Shown here in pieces: positions 25,115 to 32,000 of a stretch of 32,000 bases of DNA. Numbering within the stretch: position 1 is the stretch's first letter; the number at the start of each line of letters is the position of its first letter. The notes beneath the pieces were generated by a model, which worked only from the letters and a program-made list of their open reading frames with translations, searched no databases and was not told where the DNA came from. A program made the translations under genes and the position numbers. Source of the stretch: Geobacter sulfurreducens PCA (GTDB lineage: Bacteria; Desulfobacterota; Desulfuromonadia; Geobacterales; Geobacteraceae); contig NC_002939.5 in NCBI RefSeq assembly GCF_000007985.2, positions 3,570,001-3,602,000 of the forward strand, given 5' to 3'.

Positions 25115-27979
25115 TCAGTACCTGTTCCCCAACTGGTCTTGATACTTCAGGACATTCTTGACCTGGATGCTCGTTCCCACGGCTGTGCCCGAACGGACGC
25201 GGAACGTTACCTTGATGGTGCGTTTCTCGCTGGCGCCCAGTTCGTCGAAGGTCCAGAGATAGTCGCCGTTGGCATTCCGGACGAACGACGGATCGGACGC
25301 CACCAGCTCCAGGTCCTTGGGCATGGTGCTTTGGAGTTCGACACTCTTGGCCATGTTTGAACCGCGGTTCGTGAAGTTCAGCTCGAAGGAGGAAACCTCG
25401 CCCGGCTTCAGGCGTCCTCCCTTGCCGCTCATAACCAGGTCCACCACCGGCCGTGAGTAGAGGAGGCGCAACGAGGCAAGAGCACCCCGGGCCTGGTCGG
25501 TTTCCGGCTCGAAGGCCAGGGACACTGTGGCGGCAGTCCCGTCGCTCTCCGAGAAGGGAGTGGACAGATCGAGGATCACGTACGATTCTTCCTTGGGCGC
25601 GAGGGGCCCTACGTGGTTGATGATCGGCTCGTTGTTCTGCCGGATGCCGTCGCGGTTCAGGTCCTGGTAGACGGTATAGGCCACGTTCGGCGGAAGATTG
25701 GGCTTGATGATGACATCCTCGCGCTGGTTGCCGGTGTTGGTAACCACCAGAGGAATCGAAACCTGCTGGCCGGGAATCACCACAAGTTTCTCGCTGGCGG
25801 TCCTGACGGCCACCCCGCTTACCGGTTTGACCACAGCCGCCGCAGAGATGAACGAATCGCGAGTCTGCAGCTCGCTGTTGACCAAGTCGGCGCGCAGGAA
25901 GAGTTCCTGACGTGCAATGGCCTCATCCTTGAGCTGGAACGTCACCTCGAACTCCCGGCTCTCGCCGGAGACCAGCCGCATGCCGTCCAGAACGAGAGCC
26001 GCCTTCATTTCCTGCTTGAACCCAGCCTCGCCAAAGCCCACCGGCTCATACTGGGGCGGGTAGTTCAGGCGAAGTGCCACGCCCTGGGCAGCGGCAGTGC
26101 CGATATTGAGGAGCACAACCCGATAGGAGACCTTCTCCCCGGGAAGCACCTGATTCTTGTCCGTCTTGACCACTGCCCGCAGGAGCGGAGCCGATGCGGT
26201 CAGAAAGATGTCCCGCGCCTGGGATGCCTCACGGTCGAGCCGCGAAGCGACCTTGATCGGATAGACGAGCTTCTGTCCGTCAATAGCTTCGCGCGGCACC
26301 GCAATGGAGAGTATCCCCCGGAATCGTTCCCCCGGCGCCAGGGAAGGTGTCAGATTGATCGGCATCTCCTTCCGGCCGGCATCGGCGAACTGGGCTCCGA
26401 ATTCGGAGGGGAAACCCGATTCAAGATAGAAGCTGTCGGTTCCGTTGCCCCGGTTGACCACTTCAAAGGGGATCTCGTGGCGTTTTCCGGCCTCAAGGCC
26501 CTGGGCCGGGGCTTGAATCATCAGATCGGCATCGGCGAACTGCCCCACTTCCAGCGTGAGAATCTGGGCATTCTTTTCGGGGAGTGCCGGAGGGGCAGCG
26601 GCAACGGCCGGACTTGGCGCGACATGGGTGATTCCCATCTCCGCGAGCTTGGCGGCAGCAGCAGCGGCGGCCCGGGTCCCCGGGAAGCGGTCGATGAGCG
26701 ATTTATACTCGGCAACGGCCTTCTCGCGCAGAGCGGCCCGCTTCTGTTCCTCGGCGCGGCGAACGGCGGACTGTTCAGTCTCTTCCTTCTGGCGGGCAGC
26801 CTTCTCGGCAGCCAGGCGTTCGGCAGCCTCCCTGTCGCGCCGGGCCTGGTCGGCGGCCACGCGCTCGGCTTCGACCTTGGCTGCCGCCGCCTGCTCCGCT
26901 GCTCTCAATTCTGCGGCAGTCTTCTCTGCGGCAAGACGCTCAGCTTCGGCTTTCTCGCGGGCGGCCTGCTCTGCGGCAAGACGCCCGGCAGCCGCCTTCT
27001 CTTCTGCGGCCTTCTGGGCGGCAACCCGCTCAGCCTCGGCCTTCTCACGGGCAGCCTGCTCTGCGGCACGGCGCTCGGCAGCCACCTTCTCTTCTGCAGC
27101 CTTCTGGGCAGCAACCCGCTCAGCTTCGGCTTTCTCGCGGGCAGCCTGCTCTGCGGCACGGCGCTCGGCAGCCACCTTCTCTTCTGCAGCCTTCTGGGCA
27201 GCAACCCGCTCAGCTTCGGCTTTCTCGCGGGCAGTCTGCTCTGCAACACGGCGCTCGGCAGTCGCCTTTTCCTGAGCGGCTTTCTGGGCGGCAAGCCTCT
27301 CTGCCTCCACCCGTTCCCGGGCAGCCTGCTCCGCGGCAAGGCGCTCGGCGGCCGCTTTCTCCTCAGCCGCTTTCTCCTCAGCCGCTTTCCGAGCGACAGC
27401 TTGACTCGCAGCGGTAGCGGCAGCAGTGGCGGCACCTACCGCCTCAGCAGTAGTGGTGGCAGCGCCAGCAGTAATGCTCGCCGCTTTCTGGGCAGCCTGC
27501 TCAGCAGCCTGGCGGGCAGAGGCGGTCTTTTCAGCCAGGACCTGGCGGGCAACCGAAGTCTCCGATACCGGCGCCTCGGCTCCACGCCGAGCCATTGCCG
27601 GGAGTTGCTCCCCCTTGTCGTAACGTGTTACGAGGCCAAGGAGATCGTCCTCCACGGTTCCCTTGAGAGGACTGTCGGGGTATTCCTTGAAAAACTGCGA
27701 CATATAGCGGGCGGCATCCCGCTCGTACCCAGCTTTGAAGCTTGCCCGGGCAAGCCAGAAAATGGCCATGTCGCGCAACGGCGTATCGGGATACTTATCG
27801 AGGACCGTCTTCATCCGGTCGATGGCTGCTTGGTAGTCCTTCTTCTGATAGGCGTTGAAGCCGGCAATGAATATCTGTGAGTCTTCAGAGGTGACGGCAA
27901 AGGCGGGGGAGGTAAGAAGCGACGCGATTATGAGATATCCGGCAAGGCACCTGACAAAGGTAGTGCGGAAGGATTTCAT
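25115..27979 (-). CDS. Large secreted envelope protein: YbgF-like TPR, TolA-like Ala/Glu/Lys/Arg helical repeat region, then several DUF11/CARDB-like beta-sandwich domains
   Basis: The ATG at 27979 gives signal peptide MKSFRTTFVRCLAGYLIIASLLTSPAFA. The track start at 28015 is a TTG. TPR motifs are LDKYPDTPLRDMA and FKEYPDSPLKG. A ~300-aa AEKAA-type region follows. The C-terminal half has repeated 'PGE-VS-x-V-x-N-GT/N' strands. The stop lies 1 nt before the next gene's start. Confidence 0.78.
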   Translation of the reverse strand: MKSFRTTFVRCLAGYLIIASLLTSPAFAVTSEDSQIFIAGFNAYQKKDYQAAIDRMKTVLDKYPDTPLRDMAIFWLARASFKAGYERDAARYMSQFFKEYPDSPLKGTVEDDLLGLVTRYDKGEQLPAMARRGAEAPVSETSVARQVLAEKTASARQAAEQAAQKAASITAGAATTTAEAVGAATAAATAASQAVARKAAEEKAAEEKAAAERLAAEQAARERVEAERLAAQKAAQEKATAERRVAEQTAREKAEAERVAAQKAAEEKVAAERRAAEQAAREKAEAERVAAQKAAEEKVAAERRAAEQAAREKAEAERVAAQKAAEEKAAAGRLAAEQAAREKAEAERLAAEKTAAELRAAEQAAAAKVEAERVAADQARRDREAAERLAAEKAARQKEETEQSAVRRAEEQKRAALREKAVAEYKSLIDRFPGTRAAAAAAAKLAEMGITHVAPSPAVAAAPPALPEKNAQILTLEVGQFADADLMIQAPAQGLEAGKRHEIPFEVVNRGNGTDSFYLESGFPSEFGAQFADAGRKEMPINLTPSLAPGERFRGILSIAVPREAIDGQKLVYPIKVASRLDREASQARDIFLTASAPLLRAVVKTDKNQVLPGEKVSYRVVLLNIGTAAAQGVALRLNYPPQYEPVGFGEAGFKQEMKAALVLDGMRLVSGESREFEVTFQLKDEAIARQELFLRADLVNSELQTRDSFISAAAVVKPVSGVAVRTASEKLVVIPGQQVSIPLVVTNTGNQREDVIIKPNLPPNVAYTVYQDLNRDGIRQNNEPIINHVGPLAPKEESYVILDLSTPFSESDGTAATVSLAFEPETDQARGALASLRLLYSRPVVDLVMSGKGGRLKPGEVSSFELNFTNRGSNMAKSVELQSTMPKDLELVASDPSFVRNANGDYLWTFDELGASEKRTIKVTFRVRSGTAVGTSIQVKNVLKYQDQLGNRY
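26911..27360 (-). repeat. In-frame 90-bp (30-aa) tandem repeat array, five or more units, inside the large envelope gene
   Basis: The units at 27001-27090, 27091-27180 and 27181-27270 differ at only 5-6 of 90 positions. The flanking units are more diverged. Each unit encodes AERRAAEQAAREKAEAERVAAQKAAEEKVA and has a 15-aa sub-period. Confidence 0.9.
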
Positions 27980-28038
27980 AAAATTCACGGGCTTAACCTT
28001 TCCAGTGGCTTGCAAGGGGTGTAAGTAATCAGTTCAGT

Positions 28039-28067
28039 TACATAGCATCATAACTGTGGCTTGTCAA
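28039..28067 (-). promoter_or_regulatory. Candidate sigma70 promoter for the large envelope gene operon
   Basis: On the minus strand: TTGACA (28067-28062), 17 nt spacer, TATGTA (28044-28039). Confidence 0.45.
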
Positions 28068-28147
28068 CGGGGAATACCGGCGCGAACCCCTGTAATTACG
28101 CGATAAACGGCCCAACGAATCGACGGCTGCCCGTGGATGGCTTCGCC

Positions 28148-28176
28148 TTCCCAAAACTGCTGCCTGCCGCTATACT
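28148..28176 (+). promoter_or_regulatory. Candidate promoter giving a leaderless or near-leaderless uvrC transcript
   Basis: TTCCCA (28148-28153), 17 nt spacer, TATACT (28171-28176). The ATG lies 7 nt downstream at 28184, with no Shine-Dalgarno sequence in between. Confidence 0.3.
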
Positions 28177-28183
28177 AGCATTC

Positions 28184-30025
28184 ATGTTCGACACCAAGCG
28201 ACTGACAACCCTCCCCGATGCACCGGGTGTCTACCTCATGAAGGGGAACGGCGGGGACATTCTTTACGTGGGAAAGGCCAAGAGCCTCCGTAAACGGGTC
28301 CGCTCCTATTTCAGCAAGGGGGGAGAGTCACGCTACCATATCCGGTTCCTGGTGGGCCGGGTCGCCGACATCGACGTAATCGTCACCGACACAGAGAAGG
28401 AAGCCCTCCTCCTCGAGAACACCCTTATCAAGGAACATCGCCCCCGGTACAATCTGGACCTGCGGGACGACAAAACCTACTTTTCCCTCCGACTCGACAT
28501 GAACGAGGAGTTTCCCCGCCTGACCATCGTGAGACGGCCGGGCAGGGACGGAGCCCGCTACTTCGGCCCCTATTCCTCTGCTTCTGCCGCGCGGGAGGTC
28601 CTCAAGCAGCTGTACAAGCTCTTCCCGCTCCGCCACTACCCGCTGGAGAGCTGCCGCCGTCGCAGACGCCCCTGCCTCTTTTACCAGCTCAGGCAGTGCG
28701 CCGCCCCCTGTCACGGGCTCATCTCGGGCGAAGATTACCAATCACTGGCAGAAGGCGCGGCCTTGTTCCTTGCAGGAAAAAACAGCGACCTAACCCGCCT
28801 CTACAGGCAGCGCATGGCCGCAGCAGCAGCGGATGAACGGTATGAGGACGCCGCCCGCTACAGGGACTTGATCCGCGCCATTGAGGTCACCGTAGAGAAG
28901 CAGAAGATGGTAGCCGGCGACGGCGACACGGACGTAGTCGGATTCTTTCGCGACGCCACAGACCTTTCCGTCTCGATCCTCTTCTACCGCGGCGGCCGCC
29001 TCATGGGGAGCCGCAACTACCTCCTGGACTGGGAAATGGATGACGCCGAAGGGCTCTCGTCGTTCCTGTCCGGCTACTACAACAGGGATGTCGTCATCCC
29101 CGATGAAATCCTCATCCCCTTCACCGTGGACGACACGGACCCCCTCGGCGAACTGCTAACGGAACGGCGAGGGAAAAAGACCGTTCTCCGCCACCCCGTG
29201 CGAGGGACCAAGGCAGAACTGGTCAGGCTGGCGGCGAGAAACGCCGAGGCGTACCTGCATGAAAAGCGGGAAAAGGACTCCGGCATGGAGCAGGTCCTCG
29301 GAGAGCTCAAGGAGAAGCTCCACCTGACCAATCTCCCCCGACGAATCGAATGCTACGACATCTCCACCATCCAGGGACGCTATTCCGTGGGAAGCAGGGT
29401 CCGGTTTCAAAATGGCGCTCCGGACAAGGCGGGGTACCGCCGCTACCGGATACGGACCGTTCCCGGCACCGACGACTTCGCCATGATGCACGAAGTTCTG
29501 TCCCGGCGCTTCAGGGACGGACACGGCGGGGACGGTCGGCCGGACCTCATTGTGATTGACGGGGGAATGGGGCAGTTGAATGTGCTGACCGCAATCCTGG
29601 AGGAGCTGGGGCTTCACGGCATTGACGCCGTCTCCTTGGCAAAAAGCAGGGTAGAGCGAAATATGTCCGATAATGAGGTGGTCCGGAGCGACGAACGGGT
29701 CTTTCTCCCCGGCCGCCGCAACCCGGTGGTGCTCCGGCAGAACGGTGCACCGCTTCTGCTCCTGGCACGAATCCGGGACGAAGCTCATCGCTTTGCCATA
29801 ACCTATCACCAGAAGCTGCGCGGTAAAGGATCGATCCGATCGAGCCTGGAAGGCATTCCCGGCATCGGTGAAAAGCGCAAGCGTGAACTGCTGAAACGTT
29901 TCGGCAGCATCAGGGCACTGCGCCAGGCGGACCGAGAACAGCTTGCCGCCGTCCCCTCCGTCTCCCCCGCCTTGGCGGATGCCATCTGGAAGGCCCTTCA
30001 CGGCGAAGAGCCCGAGGCGCCATGA
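28184..30025 (+). CDS. uvrC: Excinuclease ABC subunit C
   Basis: GIY-YIG N-terminus [32 protein letters not shown] begins ~10 aa after the ATG at 28184. UVR motif [14 protein letters not shown]-terminal HhH motif [13 protein letters not shown]. The track's TTG at 28061 overlaps the opposite-strand promoter. Confidence 0.93.
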
Positions 30026-30043
30026 CGCAGGCACTGAAAACAG

Positions 30044-30073
30044 AAGGCGGCCCCCCGTGTGGGAGGCCGCCTT
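30044..30073. terminator. Bidirectional terminator hairpin between uvrC and the TlpA-like gene
   Basis: Stem AAGGCGGCC/GGCCGCCTT (9 bp), extended by CCC/GGG pairs. It lies between convergent stops. Confidence 0.6.
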
Positions 30074-30101
30074 GTATGCGGACAGCGTGAATAGAAGCGC
30101 C

Positions 30102-30617
30102 TTACTTCTCAGCCAGCAGCTTCTTCACCAGGTCTTCCATTTTTCTCAGGGTCTCATCGGAGCCGCCCATGAACTTTTCCGCCACGTTACCTTTCTTGTC
30201 GATGACGTACACCGTCGGCAACGACCGAAGCCCGTAATCGGTTTGAATGTCACCGGATGCCAGAGCCACGGGATAGTTGATCCGCTTGCTGAGGATAAAA
30301 TCCTTGACTCCCTTCTCGTCTCCCTCGTCTAGAGAGAGGCCGAGAACCTGAAGCCCCTGTTTGCCGTACTTGCGATTGAGTGTTACCAAGTGGGGGATGG
30401 CATCTCGGCAAGGGGGGCACCACGTGGCAAAAAAGTCGACCACCAGCACATAACCCTTATAATTGGCCAGACTGATGGGCTGGCCGGAAGTGCTTACCAC
30501 CTTGAGAGGAGGAGCCGGCTCACCCTTTTTGGGCAGGGCGAAGGACGGCGATGTGAATCCGCTCACGATAACGAAGGCCGCTGCTGAGACGACCCCAAGG
30601 ACTCCGGTAACCTTCAT
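30102..30617 (-). CDS. Periplasmic TlpA/ResA-like thiol:disulfide oxidoreductase (thioredoxin fold)
   Basis: N-terminal signal/anchor sequence. VVDFFATWCPPCRDAIPHL carries the WCPPC active site. 171 aa. AGGGAG RBS. Confidence 0.85.
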   Translation of the reverse strand: MKVTGVLGVVSAAAFVIVSGFTSPSFALPKKGEPAPPLKVVSTSGQPISLANYKGYVLVVDFFATWCPPCRDAIPHLVTLNRKYGKQGLQVLGLSLDEGDEKGVKDFILSKRINYPVALASGDIQTDYGLRSLPTVYVIDKKGNVAEKFMGGSDETLRKMEDLVKKLLAEK

Positions 30618-30637
30618 AAGACTCCCTCTTGTGCCGA

Positions 30638-30967
30638 TTACAGCGCTTTTTTGATAAGCGCCTCAAGTTGGGCTTTGGGCACGGCCCCGACGACCTGATC
30701 CACGACCTTGCCCTCCTTGAAGAGGATAACGGTAGGGATGCCGCGCACGCCGTACTTGCCCGGAGTTCCGGGGTTATCATCAACATTAACCTTGCCGACC
30801 TTCACTTTTCCGTCAAATTCGTCGGCAATGGCATCGATGACAGGAGCGATGGCCTTGCAGGGGGCGCACCAGGTGGCCCAAAAATCAACGAGAACCGGAA
30901 CGGGCGACTTGAGCACCTCGCTATCGAAGGTATCGTCACTGAATGTGAGGACTTTGTCACTGGCCAT
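30638..30967 (-). CDS. trxA: Thioredoxin
   Basis: The ATG at 30967 has an [24 protein letters not shown] active site and [12 protein letters not shown]. 109 aa. The longer track ORF (31069) would run through the predicted promoter. Confidence 0.93.
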   Translation of the reverse strand: MASDKVLTFSDDTFDSEVLKSPVPVLVDFWATWCAPCKAIAPVIDAIADEFDGKVKVGKVNVDDNPGTPGKYGVRGIPTVILFKEGKVVDQVVGAVPKAQLEALIKKAL

Positions 30968-31003
30968 GAAAGCCTCCTTTGCCGAAAAGAATAGTATTTT
31001 TAG

Positions 31004-31032
31004 AATATAGCCGAGCAACTTCAAAACATCAA
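31004..31032 (-). promoter_or_regulatory. Candidate sigma70 promoter for trxA
   Basis: On the minus strand: TTGATG (31032-31027), 17 nt spacer, TATATT (31009-31004). Confidence 0.45.
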
Positions 31033-31172
31033 GGAGGAAATCGGTCGCAATCACCGCGATTCCCTCCACCGGGTGCCGTTTCCGGCAAGCGCGTCACCCT
31101 TGGCAAAAACGGTGAAATCTGCTACACCAGGACCACTGCGGTGCATTTTGTTGGCACCAGGGAAACAAACTC

Positions 31173-31847
31173 ATGACACTCCTCCCCATCAGCATCAACG
31201 TATCCGGGCGCCTCGTTACCATTGTGGGCGGCGGAGGGGTCGCCAGGCGCAAGTGTCTCTCGCTGCTGGAGGCCGGTGCCCGGGTGACGGTCGTTGCCCC
31301 CCGGCTTGATGAGCGGTTGATGAAGCTGGCCGATGAAGGCGCGATCTGCTTGGCGCAGCGGCCCTATGCCGACGGCGATCTGGCTGGGTCGGTCCTGGCC
31401 TATGCCGCTACCGACGATCCGGCTGTTAACCGGGCAGTGGCCGAGGAGGCCCATAACAGGGGGATTCCCGTTGACGTCACCGACGATCCCGAACGGGGGA
31501 GCTTTACCAGCCCGGCCGTCCTCAGACGAGGCGATCTGGTTATTGCAGTCTCCACCGGCGGGGGCGCTCCCGGCTTCGCAGCACGAGTCCGGGATGATAT
31601 TGCCGAAATCATCGGCCAGGAATATGCTGAAACCCTACTCATACTTGGCGCGATTCGTGAAAAGCTGTTGACTGCGTCAAAAAACGCCGCATACAATAAG
31701 CACATTTTGCACGACCTGTCCGCCGCACCGCTGCCTGAAATGGTCAGATCGCGGAACTTCGAGGAACTGGACCGAACCCTCGCACGCATCGCCGGTCCCG
31801 ACTTCACCCTGGAAAACCTGGGATTCGGGAGAAAGGACTCCCCATGA
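31173..31847 (+). CDS. Sirohaem synthase N-terminal-domain protein (precorrin-2 dehydrogenase / sirohydrochlorin ferrochelatase, SirC/Met8-like)
   Basis: Rossmann motif VTIVGGGGVARRKCLSLLEAGARVTVVAP. The downstream pattern IAVSTGGGAPGFARRVR-type (here IAVSTGGGAPGFAARVR) is typical of CysG-N/SirC. Confidence 0.85.
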   Translation: MTLLPISINVSGRLVTIVGGGGVARRKCLSLLEAGARVTVVAPRLDERLMKLADEGAICLAQRPYADGDLAGSVLAYAATDDPAVNRAVAEEAHNRGIPVDVTDDPERGSFTSPAVLRRGDLVIAVSTGGGAPGFAARVRDDIAEIIGQEYAETLLILGAIREKLLTASKNAAYNKHILHDLSAAPLPEMVRSRNFEELDRTLARIAGPDFTLENLGFGRKDSP

Positions 31848-32000
31848 ACGCCGTTCTTTTCGTCGCAACACTACTGCTCTACCTTGCTGCGACCGTCGCC
31901 TATCTCGCGTTTCTCGTCAAACCGCGAGAGGTACTCGGCAAGATCTCCCGATGGGTACTGACCGGCGGATTCGTGGTCCATGCCGTCTATACCGTGGACC
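31844..32000 (+). CDS. CcsA/HemX-like cytochrome c assembly membrane protein, 5' part (runs off the window)
   Basis: ATGA overlap with the upstream stop. My hand translation MNAVLFVATLLLYLAATVAYLAFLVKPREVLGKISRWVLTGGFVVHAVYTVD is open to the window end. It is hydrophobic, like HemX/CcsA N-termini that commonly follow sirC-like genes. Confidence 0.55.
   Translation, partial: MNAVLFVATLLLYLAATVAYLAFLVKPREVLGKISRWVLTGGFVVHAVYTVD

Noticed and set aside
26911-27360. Possible CRISPR-like repeat array
   Set aside because: The repeats are contiguous 90-bp units with no unique spacers. They are in frame within a long ORF and encode a periodic helical peptide.
25613-27880. 755-aa plus-strand ORF, the longest plus-strand ORF in this region
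   Set aside because: It is antisense to the large envelope gene. Its translation is low-complexity (L/G/S/A runs) and is produced by the Ala/Glu codon repeats on the other strand. The minus-strand frame has a signal peptide, TPR and beta-sandwich motifs and correct operon junctions.
30968-31069. N-terminal extension of trxA (track start 31069)
   Set aside because: A canonical 109-aa thioredoxin starts at 30967 with an AAAGGAGG RBS. The extension runs through a TTGATG-N17-TATATT promoter.
31152-31170. Sigma-54-like TGGCAC upstream of the sirC-like gene
   Set aside because: The required TTGC(A/T) element five nucleotides downstream is absent (the sequence is CAGGGAAAC).
1-32000. Search for tRNA/rRNA genes, IS elements, integrases, phage genes, toxin-antitoxin pairs and compositional islands
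   Set aside because: Nothing was recognised. AT-rich stretches (5101-5450, 19540-19670, 21180-21390, 28016-28180, 30970-31170) all coincide with promoter-bearing intergenic regions and do not look like foreign DNA.

Overview
High-GC, densely coding chromosomal segment that looks like Geobacter sulfurreducens or a close relative. That assignment rests on recognising the ImcH and PccH cytochromes from their sequences, with no database search. I call about 30 protein genes and found no rRNA, tRNA, CRISPR array or mobile element.

Gene order, left to right:
- Glycogen cluster: GH57 (partial), GalT-like, glgA, and a 55-aa acidic micro-ORF.
- imcH on the minus strand, a 7-haem inner-membrane cytochrome.
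- A class-V aminotransferase and a lone receiver protein.
- uvrB, a receiver-PilZ protein, an MFS transporter and a small sirohaem sulfite/nitrite-reductase-like protein, all tightly packed on the plus strand.
- A 1078-aa EndoQ-like PHP nuclease fused to a UvrD helicase (minus strand).
- A seven-gene minus-strand array: pccH, DUF3793/DUF2325, OprB-like porin, feoA, feoA, feoB and a Cys-rich mini-protein.
- Two convergent uncharacterised gene pairs encoding LysM, TPR, Pro-rich-spacer and beta-sandwich envelope proteins. One of these genes contains 90-bp in-frame tandem repeats.
- uvrC, then a TlpA-like thiol-disulfide oxidoreductase and trxA (minus strand), a sirohaem-synthase N-domain protein, and the start of a CcsA/HemX-like gene.

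Best candidates for undescribed biology:
1. The putatively iron-regulated pccH-to-feoB array.
2. The four-gene peptidoglycan-tethered envelope module at 21.4-28.0 kb.
3. The EndoQ-UvrD fusion.

All functional names come from motif recognition by eye. No homology searches were run.
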